DNA of 63,658 bases, counting the filler, from Octopus bimaculoides (Eukaryota), in NCBI RefSeq assembly GCF_001194135.2. It is 7 parts of 7 records of this genome, joined end to end, with 100 filler letters (N's around TTAATTAATTAA, not from the genome) between each part and the next. Parts side by side here need not be neighbours in the genome. Positions count along the whole stretch, not along the records: positions 37,213 to 43,134 come from NC_068995.1; positions 43,235 to 52,199 come from NC_068987.1; 5 more parts are not named here. One strand, given 5' to 3'. The notes under the pieces are model-generated. The model saw only the letters and a list, made by a program, of their open reading frames with translations. It was not told the origin of the DNA and searched no databases. The position numbers and the translations under genes are program-made. This document shows, piece by piece, positions 39,256 through 51,875 of the stretch; the stretch's first letter is position 1; each line of letters starts with the position of its first letter.

Positions 39256-39317
39256 TCAGACATTAGTAATTCCACGTCCAAGGTAATTCCTCGTGTATGA
39301 CAAGTAGATCTGAATAT
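39256..39317 (-). CDS. Candidate terminal coding exon of an unidentified gene (NIQIYLSYTRNYLGRGITNV*)
   Basis: Pyrimidine-rich acceptor TTCTTCTAACAG. The phase-1 start is compatible with the 40298-40402 exon. Stop TGA at 39258-39256. Confidence 0.35.
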
Positions 39318-39461
39318 CTGTTAGAAGAATTTTAAGAAATTCAGAGTATTAGACAACAACAATACAGATACAACAGAAACAATTGTTGGCTTTGTAAGGT
39401 GAATTCTACAATTAAAGATGTGATTTTCTCTTTCTGTATTTTTGACATATATATGTGTGTC

Positions 39462-39498
<37 letters not shown>

Positions 39499-39538
39499 AA
39501 GCATATGTACATATATGCACTCAGATACACACACACAG

Positions 39539-39569
<31 letters not shown>

Positions 39570-40040
39570 TATAATTGCATATATATTTGTGTATGTATAT
39601 AAGCACATACAAATATAAATTCTTGCATATTTAAGCACACAAACATACATCGGTAGACAAATACATGCATAGGTATATCATCAGATGGCATGAATGATTA
39701 TTTTAAAAAATCGTTTCTTTGCCAGTTGCCATTTTAAGACTTAGATTTTTAAAAATGCTGACTTAAAGAAATGGCTACTCTCTGGATGAATAGGGAAAAG
39801 AATTACAGGAAGTGAAGCAAAGATAGAATGAGCAGTCATAAATTGGTTGTTACGATTGGTCAAAATTTTGCCAAGGAAGAACTGATGGTATTGTTATTCT
39901 AACAACAACTGTTATTGCAATTTAAATATTATACATACGTAGCCATATACAGGTGTGTGTATATGACTGTGTGGTTGGACTAAGCATGGAAAAATAGATG
40001 TAAAATGGACACATTCATGCATACATACATATATTATATA

Positions 40041-40081
<41 letters not shown>

Positions 40082-40297
40082 GTATGTATATATGTACACA
40101 CAACATATATTTACGTACATACATACATATATATATATTTGTGTGTATGTATCTATGTACATGCACATACAAGATTATGAATATATATATATATGTGTGT
40201 ATATATATGCATATACATGTCTGTATATTTGCCAATAAATCTGTCAACAGAATCTATTTAATCATGCAGCACACATCTGATATGTTTGATTAAATAC

Positions 40298-40402
40298 TTG
40301 TGACCAGAGCGTTTACTGACTGTGCTGATGTCGAGCTGTGCTTAAACAAGTCTTTATTCATGTACCCAATCCAAACATGCATGCATGTTAATGTGTGTTG
40401 AC
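40298..40402 (-). CDS. Candidate 105-nt symmetric coding exon (GQHTLTCMHVWIGYMNKDLFKHSSTSAQSVNALVT)
   Basis: Acceptor ATTTATACCAATAG, donor GTATTT, open frame, phase 1 to phase 1. Complex sequence embedded in microsatellite DNA. Confidence 0.4.
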
Positions 40403-40587
40403 CTATTGGTATAAATGTGGATATAATGAACACACACACACACACATATATATATACATATATATAAATCAGAAATTGAAAAACAAAACAATAAATTGAA
40501 CAATTCTAAATTCAATTCAGTTTAAAAATATTCTATACAAATAAATGACACATCTCATAAATTACAGCTGTTTCCACTTCCTATATA

Positions 40588-40629
<42 letters not shown>

Positions 40630-40793
40630 ATGGTATGAATAATTTGTATGTCTTGTTTGTATAAGTCAAAGAGGTATGACAGAGAAACATATATACACTA
40701 AGTAAACTTATGTATATATATTATATGCATACATATGTATAGTATTTATATACACATGCATGCATGATGGCATACATCAAATTAACTGTCATA

Positions 40794-40825
<32 letters not shown>

Positions 40826-41554
40826 GCATACACATATATATATATGTACTTGCATACTCAAACTCAGATATATTGATGTATATACATTTTGCGTACATAC
40901 ACACACATACACATATATATTTTGTTTTATTTCATTCATTGTAATTGCGATTATTATTATTATTATCATCATTATTATTATTATTGTTGTTTTTATTTTT
41001 ATTGGTATAATTGCTTTAAAGGTGTAGGATTTTATAACAAGACCCCTAAAAACCAACACCTTGATACCCCGCATAAAACCTCATGTCGTATTAAGCTATC
41101 TCCTTTCATTTGAATTGATAACCCCTTGTGGTGGGTGCTGATTGAAAATGAGGATGAGGGTCCAATTCACCTTTTTTTCCCCCCTCCAAAAGTGCCCCAA
41201 GTTTGACTCATTGACTAATTNNNNNNNNNNNNNNNNNNNNNNNNNNNNNNNNNNNNNNNNNNNNNNNNNNNNNNNNNNNNNNNNNNNNNNNNNNNNNNNN
41301 NNNNNNNNNNNNNNNNNNNNNNNNNNNNNNNNNGACACTCTGTCGTTATATGTCTGTGAAAAATGGTAAAAATTTATTCAAGTTTCAAAAACGATCAGCT
41401 AAAAGTTGCAGAAGAAGAATAAAGCTACAAAATACAAAGAAAATCGTATAAAACACTATGATGAAATTTTGTTCCATGTTAATTCAAGTAACATTGAAAA
41501 AGATTAGAATAAATGGTAAAAAGAAACACACAAAAAAGAGGGAAAAAAAAAACC

Positions 41555-42070
41555 AATGAATTTATCTGACAACCCAAGAGTTGCACCCTTTTATGGAACT
41601 CTGAGTTCAAGAGATTGACTTTGCCTGCCATTGATAAAATAAGATACCAGTTAAATATTGGAGGTAGAGGCAATATATTTATCTATTCATCTTCCCCCAA
41701 ATTTCTGGCTGTTTGTCTGTTGGAAATTATTATTATCATTATTATTATTATTATTACTCGTTAGGCAGTGGATTTGCAGAATTGATAGAACATCAAACGG
41801 AATGCCTTGTGGTATTTGCCCTGGTGTTTTATGTTCTGTGAGTTCAAGCTCTGCTTAGGTCAAATTTATCCCTCACCCTTTTTTTTTTTTTTTGTGGTTG
41901 ATAAAATGAAGTACCAGTCATATACTGGTTTGAGCCAACTGACTGCTCTCACCTCCTTCCTTTTCAAAATAAATAAAAAAAGGAAATTTTATGGCTTTGT
42001 GCCTATATTAAAGCTCTTATTATTATTATTATTATCATTATTATTATTATTATCATTATTATTATTATTA

Positions 42071-42107
<37 letters not shown>

Positions 42108-42339
42108 CATTATTATTATTATTAAGTGGCAAGCTGGCAGAATCGTTAGCTTGTTGAATAAAATGCTTAGCAATGATTTCTCTCTCACGATTTCTCTGTC
42201 TAAGTTGAAATTCTGTGGAGGCCAACATTGCCTCTCATTCTTTCAGAGTCGGTAAAACAAGCGCCAGGTTAACACTGGAATCAACATAATCAACTTACCC
42301 CTTTCTTGAAATTGCAGGCCATGTGCCAAAATTTGAAAC

Positions 42340-42373
<34 letters not shown>

Positions 42374-42870
42374 GTTAAGGCAATGATCTGGCAGAATTTG
42401 TTAGCATTTTGGACAAAATTCTTAATGGCATTTTTTCTCATTGTTTCCATTTCTGAGTTCAAATGGCGTCTTTGGCTTTCATCCTTTCAAATTGAGCACT
42501 AATTCATTGTAATTAACTAGCCCCTCCCCTCAAAATTTCAGGCCTCTGTGCCTATTGTAACGAGAATTATTGCTGAATCAAGGTGGTGAATTGGCAGACT
42601 TGTAAGAACATTGGACAAAAGGGTTAGCAGCATTTCTTCTGGCTTTTTATGGTATTTTTTTTCTATTTTCTTTTTTAAGTTCAAATGCTGCTGAGGTGAA
42701 CTTTGCCTTTCATCCCCTCAGGGTCGATAAAATAAAGTACCAGCCAAGAGCTGGACTTAATGTACTTGTTTAAGCCCCCTCACCTTTCTAAAATTGCTGG
42801 CCTTGTGCCAAAATTTGAAATGATAGTAATTATTATTATCCATATTTTTATTATTATTATTATTATTGCT
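41555..42870 (+). mobile_element. Head-to-tail array of five SINE family C copies separated by (ATT)n
   Basis: Heads at about 41763, 42124, 42374 and 42580, plus a partial copy at about 41555. Units carry a CTGAGTTCAA-like B-box, a GATAAAAT(A)AAGTACCAG-like module and (ATT)n tails. Confidence 0.8.
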
Positions 42871-44537
42871 AATATAGGCACTATTGTGATGTGGCAGTAA
42901 ATTGATTTAAGAATTTTCCACTTGGAACTATTCTTCTTACGGCGCTAAACAATTTTTTGGAAATGCATGAATGTGTTTTTTTTTTTTCCTTCTATTTACT
43001 TTTTTTATTCTTGAAACATGAAGGCTTGTCGCCTATGCCAAACAAAAACAAAAAAAAAAAGAAAGAAAGAGAAAAGAACTTTCTCTCCCACCCCCCGCCA
43101 CCAATCAATCCTCATTTTTTAAATCATTATTTGTNNNNNNNNNNNNNNNNNNNNNNNNNNNNNNNNNNNNNNNNNNNNTTAATTAATTAANNNNNNNNNN
43201 NNNNNNNNNNNNNNNNNNNNNNNNNNNNNNNNNNAATATAAAAGTTGCTAGAAACAACAGCCAAATCTCCCAAAGTAAATGGAATTTCAAAAATCTAACT
43301 ACTGCACTGGAAAGTTCACATTGAGAAAATTCCATTGATGTAAAATTTTTTACGAAAAAGTGGAAAATGTGGATTTCTATACACTTTTAAAAAGGCTTCA
43401 CACAGACACAGAACTTCAGCTTTATATATTAAGATTATAGACTATACCAGTTTCTTGTCAGTATATTAAAAATTATAGAGAATGTCTGCTTATAGTGAGT
43501 GTATTACAGATTATAGTAGTACATCCTTTTATGAATCAATAAAAGGTGATGTACTGAATGATATATGCAAAAATATTTCCTTTTAATTAAAATTTCATTC
43601 TTAGCTGAAGAAAAGAACCTAAAAACAAAAACAGTAGTAATTGGTAATGACTCAGTAAGAAAAGGGGAGATAACTTCAACAAATTAAAAATGAAATCTCG
43701 AAGTTAATTTACATATTTAGATGAAAAGCAACAGACAGTTTCAGGCATGTTTCAGCCTTAATGGACCTCATCAACCAAGCATAGTTTATTGAATCTGGCT
43801 TTGATCACATAACAGAAGTTTTATATACAGAAAATGTCAAAGATTTTTGACCAGTAATAATTTACATAATTGAAATTTTAAAAAAATGATAATAAGCTAA
43901 GGGAAATAACTCAATTAGGCTAATGACATAAATTTAGATAAGTTTAAAGGTGATGAATATAAAAAAATATTCAATTAATTGAAAATATCCATTTAGGTAA
44001 AGAAAGACAAAAATAATACAATGTTAATTATCAGCAACTCCCAGTTAATTTTATAAGAGACAGTTATTGTTGAATTAATTAGGGATATATTTTAACTGTT
44101 TTAGTCTCTGTTACTTTGTCATTAAAATCTGAATAAACTTTTATTGCTGTCAACTAATTTCTATACTCTATAGTTTTCTCTCTTTCCATTTTTTGTGGCT
44201 TAACTCAGAAGGGAATATGGGAAGGGCAGCATGCACAACATTTTGCAGGACCTCTGAGACTTGTAGGAAGATGAGGGGAAGATATATTTGGATTGGTGAT
44301 GTGTCTCAAATGCTTGCAAAAGAGTGGGCTCAGCTAAAGGAGTCTAAGGGTTCAAATGTTGGTGTTATATGGAATAATATATCAAATATATTACTTTTAA
44401 TGAGCATTTTATCACATTACTGGATTTCATAAATCACTGTACTTGAAAATGTATCTTTTAATAAAATAATATCAGTTTGGAGATGTACTTGCATAGCAAG
44501 TGACCTGATCTGAGATCATGTGCTGAAACAAAAACAC

Positions 44538-44811
44538 TTGCAGCATGGAAGGTGTTTATAAGCCATTTAAAAACACACAAAACTGTTAGATACACTTCAA
44601 CATTTAAGTTTAATTTGCCAAAATATTTTCATCGCTTTGAGACTGCAACCTGTTCACTGACAAAATTCTGTGCTGCACGGAATTTTGTCAGTGAAAAAGT
44701 TGTGGTCTCAAAGTGACGAAAATATTTTGGCAAATTAAACTTAAATGTTGAAGTGAATCTAATGGTTTTCGTGTGTTTTTAAATGGCTTATAAACACCTT
44801 CCATGCTGCAA
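44538..44811. mobile_element. About 275-bp near-perfect palindromic (foldback) element
   Basis: TTGCAGCATGGAAGGTGTTTATAAGCCATTTAAAAACAC...AAAATTCTGTGC/TGCACGGAATTTT...GTGTTTTTAAATGGCTTATAAACACCTTCCATGCTGCAA. The same end recurs at 57630-57664. Confidence 0.88.
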
Positions 44812-45369
44812 TTGTGTTTCATATCAGTTTGTGATTTGACAAAAGTGTAGAATGAAATGGAGGGCAATCACTTAATATATTGGGATCCTTTTGATCAGAA
44901 TCCTAGGTTAATATACTTCCATATGGCTCATCCAAAACCTCTTGTAAATCTTTATCTCCCCATACTGTTGTAATTCACTTATATTGCCCATATTTTCATT
45001 TTAAGGACTCTACAATACTTAATCATATTAATGCTAACTTGATTAACCTCATTCACCCAGTATGAAAGCATGTTAATAAGGCTATGGACATTTGATGCTT
45101 CTCATAAACTCACAAATACAAAATTAGACAATTTATTGTTGAGACAATAGCCTTCCATCTAATTAGACACAAAATGATATTTCAAGGTAACTGGAAGCTA
45201 ACAAAGATTGGGTGCGATGCTGAATTCCAACAATAAGCAGATGTTAATGAAATGATAGCCTACTTGTAGCAATTTTATTGTTATTAATTAACAAAAGCCA
45301 ATTAATGAGTTTGAATGCTGCATCATTCAGCTGATAGCAAACATCTATGATAGATTTATGAGAACATAC

Positions 45370-45421
45370 CTTTGCTTTATGCTTTCAACTGACACTTTAC
45401 CTGATGAATGTCTTATTAGCA
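45370..45421 (-). CDS. Candidate 52-nt coding exon (LLIRHSSGKVSVESIKQR)
   Basis: Strong acceptor CTTTGACTTTCAG and donor AAAG/GTATGT. One frame is open across the full 52 nt. Confidence 0.3.
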
Positions 45422-46414
45422 CTGAAAGTCAAAGTTCAAGGATGTATAAAATTTCATAACAGATCTTTGTTTCATATCCAACAGAAATTTAAAAACTCAA
45501 GAACCAATTCCAGAATTTCAAATTATTCAATAATCAGATATTTACAGAAAGTGAAATTGTTATTTTAAGAAAACAGATGCATTGGGATGCAAAATTTTTT
45601 CTTTTATGGAAAACAATTTAGTTGTTTGTTTACTTGAGTTTCTAGTTGATATGAGATAAAACATTAACACATTTTAAAATTATATATGAGAAAAAAAGAG
45701 GAGAAATTAATCAGAATTTAGTGTATTTAATGTTTAAAGGAACATAGAATCTCAGATCCTAAGAGAAAAGGAAGTATTAAGTGAGAACCCAAAATTAATA
45801 AATAGAAAATATTTACACACAAAAATATGGTTTATATCCATATTTTAGACACTTATCAAATTTCCATATGATAAGTGATTTAGAAACTGAAAATGATAAA
45901 ATGAATTCATATACTGGCATAAACTGTGAAGTTTTAAAACTTTAGATGACTTGAATACAGCTGTACTCGTTTTGTTGGTAAGCATTGAGGAGAAAGATTT
46001 TGCTACAATAATCAAACAAGGCATCAATAATGTCATAAATACAAAGTGCAACTGACATAGTAACTGCAGTAAACTACACTGAATTGTGAATCAATCAATA
46101 TTACACCCAGTTCGAAAAGAAAGAAAGATCATTAGCATTAAAGTTACTTGACCTATCAGAAACAACATTCAAATTTCCCTGAAACTGCATTCAATCACTC
46201 TGTCTTAAAAAAAGATAAAATGAATCATTGAGTAATGTAGCCCTAGGCACACCAATTTTAAAAAAGGTGGAAAGGCCACAAGTTGGGACACTTTTGATCA
46301 CAGTTCAGCATGAACGGAACTGAACTATAAAAGCATTTAACATTTCTGGTAATGAAGGAGAGAAATCTCTGAACCGTTCAAACTGATTGAAAAATTAACA
46401 GAGTAAGTTTGATT

Positions 46415-46458
<44 letters not shown>

Positions 46459-47955
46459 TAAAGTAAGCAACAGTATGATTGATAGAGCCAATGAAAGAAA
46501 AAGAGAGAGGTTAACAGCAAATAATTACTGCCCTCACATTAATAGTTAACACAGTCATGAAGTAGATTCAATAGTTATAGCTCAAGAAAAGTACTTTTTA
46601 ATACCACATGTGTCTAAGTGATGTCAACAGTTCCTGTATTGAATTTTCCCTCTGTCAATGCTGTAAGGAGTAGTCCTCTATTTATGATGGAATCATTTTG
46701 AAAAAATACTGATCCATCAAGAACTATAAAATACTTGATGTTAAATGTTATATTTTGGTGAACAGAACTGTTATACACTGATTTCAGTGTTTGAAGAGTT
46801 GAGAGTAGCAGCAAGATTTACTAATGTCTGGGGAAGCCATATTATATTTATTTACAAATAGAGATATTATCAATTGGATGGAAGTGTTTGATGAAATTTT
46901 CTTGTGATTGTGGTCTTAAAGATGATTGGTAATTTTGTGGTAGCAGAAAAGCTAGTGATTTTATTTATATATAAATAAAATGAGAACAGCTAGTTGTGCA
47001 GTCAATAGCAAATGTTAGGAAGCAAAGATGTATATTCACAGAAAATTTTGCTTTCATAGTTTTAAATGCACAAATTTGAAGTTGAAGTGGAACCTGTCTA
47101 CTACTGGTTCAAGTGGAAATGTGCATTCTTCAGCCTCATCTCTGTAAAACTATTATTAATGGAACTGTGGATGTGCTTTTTGTTTGAAATATTATCAATT
47201 GGTACTGATATTAATATAATAGACATTTTTATAAGCATTTGTTGTTTTTTTATGTTCAAGAAGTAACTTTCCATTATTAATTTGGTAAAGTAATGTGTGA
47301 AATATGTACATTAATATAACTCTTTTTGTGTCAAGTCACATAAAGGGAGTGATACCCTGTTATTTTTAACACAATTGATGTTTTTTTTCTTAGATATGTT
47401 GTTAGTCAGCACTTCACATATTGTTAAAAACAGACAGCAGGAAGTTTTAAGCCAACCTAGTTGTTGCCTAATTAGGACAATAGTAAAGTAAGATGAAAAA
47501 AAAAAGGAAAAACATATGTGAGTTTGTAGTAAAAACAAACAAACAAAAGAACCCATATCTACTCTACCATTTTACAATCTGAAGATGAATGATGATTTAG
47601 GTACCAACAGCACATTTTTGGGTGGGTAAAGTCAATTATATCTCCGACCATTTGACTGACAATTATTTTCTTGACCTTGGAAGGATGAAAAGCTGACCTG
47701 ACCACAGGCAGAACTTGAATTCAGAACATAAAATCATCCAACAATAAACTTCAAGGCATTTTGTCTCATGCTTTTCCAAAATCTATTCTGCTGTTTCATG
47801 TTCTACCAAATCTAGCATTCTCTCTCTAATAATCGTCCAGATTAGTAAGTACAGAAAAAGATCCAACAACTGAAAATGCAAACAAGACTTACAGAAAACA
47901 AGAGAAATCTACACAAATGTTCACATGTCTCTCCTTCTTTCTCATTCTTATTTAC

Positions 47956-48078
47956 ACAATTATGTCCAAAACTAGAACCAGATTTCCAGAGCTGTGGTGA
48001 TGAGCTGATATTCTCCAACAAATTTCTAAAATCAAATTTCATTCTGTTGCCAAACAGAAAACTGTTACCCATTTCTGA
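47956..48078 (-). CDS. Candidate 123-nt coding exon (SEMGNSFLFGNRMKFDFRNLLENISSSPQLWKSGSSFGHNC)
   Basis: Acceptor TCAATTCAG, weaker donor GTAAAT, phase 0 to phase 0. The antisense codon-aligned frame is also open. Confidence 0.25.
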
Positions 48079-48392
48079 CTGAATTGATATGAGTGTGAGC
48101 ATACTGCTATGACTAAGATGCTTGTTTTGGTACAGCTACAAGATTCTGGGTTTGAATGCACTGCATGGCACTATGGCTAAGTGTGTTTTACCATAGCCTT
48201 AAGTTGACCAAGGTTTATGAGTGAAATTTGGAATATACATACACACACATTTAAATACACATATACTGTATGTGTGTGTATCTTTCACTAATGCAGACAT
48301 GTATATATATATATAATTTTATATATATATTGTCTTTTTAGAAAAACATAAATCCGGAGAAGAGGCACACTTTAAGAAGTAGAGCAGTCTCT

Positions 48393-48960
48393 ATTAATTA
48401 CTGGTGAAGGCCAGTTTATAGGGTTACTCTGGGTTTCTTGCCATAAATGGTACCTTTATGACGTATCTTCAGACCCTAAGACTTGTTGGCCTATGGCTTC
48501 TTTAAAATTTGGAGGGGGAATGATATGGATATAAAGAATGGGGATTATCTCCCTTTGGTGCTGGTCATCGGCTTCAGCTGTGTCGTCCTCCTTCAGTCAC
48601 ACCACCTGTTGGTTATGAGGGTAAAAGGTAGGGGGTTATCCCCTGCTCTCATCAGCAATCAATTTCCAGCTGTGGTGTAATTATCACTAATACTGCTATT
48701 ATCACTATTATGCAGTTCCCAAAATGCTAACAGAAATCTTCTGAAATACAAGCACGGCCTGAAAATCTCCATTCTGGAGTTCAGTATGGTCCCTGGTATG
48801 CATGAGCTTTTCAGGATTTTCATGCATTTGGCTACGCATAGCTTGCAACATTTCGTTCCATTTATGTACAGACCCAGATGATGGAAGATTTTCCATGATA
48901 TCAAGTTTTCCGCTACCTGGCTGGAGATTTTCATGGTGGCCTCATGGTCTCTGCCAAATA
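48393..48960 (-). repeat. Inverted terminal repeat (pseudo-LTR) of the Penelope-like element, including the endonuclease C-terminus
   Basis: Reverse complement aligns with about 51613-52125. Encodes ISWKIFHHLGLYINGTKCCKLC...ILNSRMEIFRPCLYFRRFLL. Confidence 0.9.
48419..48478 (-). ncRNA. Candidate minimal type I hammerhead ribozyme (inverted pLTR copy)
   Basis: Minus strand: TAGGGT CTGAAGA [TAC GTCATAAA ggtacca TTTATGGC AA] GAAA C ccaga G TA ACCCTA. Confidence 0.6.
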
Positions 48961-49085
48961 GCTAACCAGTGCAGCGCTTCTACATTTTTACGGAGGCCAC
49001 AAGCCCCTTAAATATGGAATGATTTGACCTTGGATACTCTAAAAACATCCACATGCTGTCCAATGAACTTTACACCCGAATGTAA

Positions 49086-51875
49086 CTGGAGAAGATTATG
49101 GATGTGATTAGGCATATGAGATGGAAAGCTTTCCACTACGACCTAGCCGCAACAGGCCCGGGGGGGGGGGGGGAATAACTATAGCATTAGTTCAAGGAAA
49201 CACCTACCCAGAATTAAAAACCTCAAACCCTTCGAAGCGGACCTCATAGGAATTATCCCAAAACTGAAATTCCATAAGTCCTCTTCCTCCTTCCAACGTA
49301 AGCTCTGTGCCAACATTAGGACATTAAAAAACTCAGATAGGTCCCTAATAAGACAAAGACCATTTATAGATTAGGCACCATAGAATACAATAGGCTACTA
49401 GAAAATAACATTACACAATCTTACGGACACGCAATCCCCAACTCATACATATAGAGACGTCAACAGTGAGGCTAAAAAATTAGCTAACAATTTAGAGATA
49501 GGAGACAGGGTAGAAATCCTAGTTAAAAGAAATGCTTTCATCACCATAAAAGATCACAAACCAAGTTTTGCCTTAAGTGCCGCCTGAACAACCTGGCCAA
49601 ATCCGAGATCAGTCTAGCAAGCAAACATATTTTGCAAGATGTCAACAACACCATAAGAAGGGTCACTAACATCTCCTTGTGGCATAGCACCAGCAAAGTG
49701 ACCGCATGGTTTAACGCCAACAAGGGTAAAGGTAGAGCAAGGTTCACCCAATTTGATATAGCCAATTTTTATCCATCTATATCGAAAGGGTTACTGACCA
49801 AAGCGCTTTCTTTCATTAGGGGCATCACTGATATTAGTGACAGGGACATAGAAATTATTATGCATGCCAGGAAAATAATACTGTTTAACAAAGGTTTGGC
49901 ATGGGTCAAGCAATCTGACCCCATGAGCTCCTTTGATGTAGCAATGGGAGCCTATGACAGTGCGGACATGTGCGACCTCATAGGATTGTATATCATGGAC
50001 ACCCTTAGGAAAAAATTCCCCTCTGTCCTCTTTGGGCTCTACAGGGATGATGCGCTGGCCATCTCTAGGGGAGCAAGCGGCCACACACTAGATAGGCTTA
50101 GGAAGGACTTTATCAGCATACTTGGCTCCATGGGATTGAAGATCACCATAGAGACCAACCTCACCACAGCAGACCTTTTAGATGTCGTGCTGAACTTGAG
50201 CTCCAGTACCTACAGGCCCTACCGCAAACCAAATGAGAAGCTAACATACATCAACACAGCCTCATGCCACCCACCCATCATGTTCAAGTGCCTGGTAAAG
50301 GGTGTTAGTAAGAGGATTTCAAGCCTTTTCACTAACCACTGATGTGGCAGCTCCATACAATAACTAGGCCCAAGCTGCCAGTAGGTCCAAGGACTGCATC
50401 TCCTATATGCTGGAACCTGACACCCGCAGAAGGAAACACCACAGAAATACAATTTGGTTTGCACCCCTCCTTAATACTATAATGCCTGTAAACTGACTTT
50501 TCCTAAAATTGATAGACAAACACTTTACTACCTCCCATAGGCATGCCCCCATTTTCAACAGGCACAATGTTAGGGTCTTATTTAGCCGTGCCCCTAGCAT
50601 CAAGAGAATCTTAGTTAGCACTCCTAAGCAATGGGAAGAGGTTGGTTGTTCATGCAGGATCTGCAACAATTGCCCAGTAGAAAGCTACTTCAAAACCAAA
50701 GGTGTCATCTATCAAGCCAAAGTGCGGGCAAGCCCTACCAATTCCACCAGCAGAAACCATAGCAGCCATAGACACAAGGACAGAGCCATCAACAGAGCCG
50801 CCACCGCTGCCAGCACCACCGCAAACAGCCTTACCAACATTAACGGCACCAACACCAACAGTGCTGATTACACTTCCGATGCCACCACCATCACCATCAC
50901 TAACATTGACCACAGTGACATTGCCTCCAATACCAGCCTTACAAATAGCAGACAGGACAGTATACCCAGTGACAGCTTTCATAGCAGCAGTAACAGACCA
51001 AACTATATCAGCTGCTGCTCCAACAGCACCCCTAGCAGAGACACCAGCATAGACATGAATAACAGTAGCCCTGTCAATTAGAAATGGAACCCCCATCACC
51101 GGTGAAGATAACAATAATAGTAATAATAACATTTATGGTAACACCTTCGGCTACAATGGTAACATCAACAGCACCCCCTCCACATCCAGCAATAACATTA
51201 CCAATGCCACCATCACCCTCACCTTCGCAATCACCAACATCAAGGGGGGGAGGGGCAACAACGTCATCGCCGACGACAGCACCAGCAACAACAATAGCAG
51301 CAGCATATTCATCAACCCCAGCAACATCATCATCGACAGCACCAGCAACAATAACAGGGAATATTGTCGACAGTGGCAGCAGTAGCAGCAACAACAGCAG
51401 CAACATCAGCGTTGGCAGACTTAATAGCAACATCAGTGGCACTGACAGCAGCAGTGGTAGCAACAACAACAACAATAGTTGGCACAACACCAACTCCATG
51501 CATCCAAGGAAATACATTGGATGAGTGGGAACTTCCTTTCAGAAACGTCTTTCCAACCATAGATCCTCCTTTAGGGTCCTGGAAAGGAGATATGTAACAT
51601 CACTAGCAAACCATATTTGGTAGCTGAAGGAAGATGGAATTGCATACTCAATATCATGGAAAATCATCCACCGTCTGGGTCCGTACATCAATAGAACAAA
51701 AAACTGCAAGCTATGCATAACTGAACACATGGAAATCATGAAAGACTCGCACTACCAGGGACCATACTGAACTCCAGAATGGAGATTTTCAGGCCATGCT
51801 TGCATTTCAGAAAGATTCCTGTTAGCATTTTGGGAACTGCATAATAGCAATAATTACACTGCAGCTGGAAATTGG
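49086..51875 (+). mobile_element. Penelope-like retroelement ORF (RT + Cys-rich linker + C-terminal GIY-YIG endonuclease; Neptune-like), disrupted by frameshifts and stops
   Basis: N-terminus LEKIMDVIRHMRWKAF. RT motifs FDIANFYPSI, MGAYDSADMCDLIG, LYRDD (YRDD at 50040-50051), LLDVVLNL, YRPYRKP. Linker GCSCRICNNCP. GVIYQAKV (50701). RKYIG (YIG at 51513). C-terminal SWKIIHRLGPY...CKLCITEH...ILNSRMEIFRPCLH. Confidence 0.93.

Noticed and set aside
51522-51524. In-frame TGA right after YIG as a possible selenocysteine codon (some Penelope-like clades are selenoproteins)
   Set aside because: The element has other stops (TAG near 51620, TGA at 50340) and frameshifts, lies near a CpG-decaying domain, and no SECIS was recognised. 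Simple decay is more parsimonious.
50650-51597. Overlapping Pro-rich, Leu-rich and Ala/Val-rich ORFs on both strands
   Set aside because: They are alternate-frame readings of the triplet-biased Penelope insert, not separate genes.
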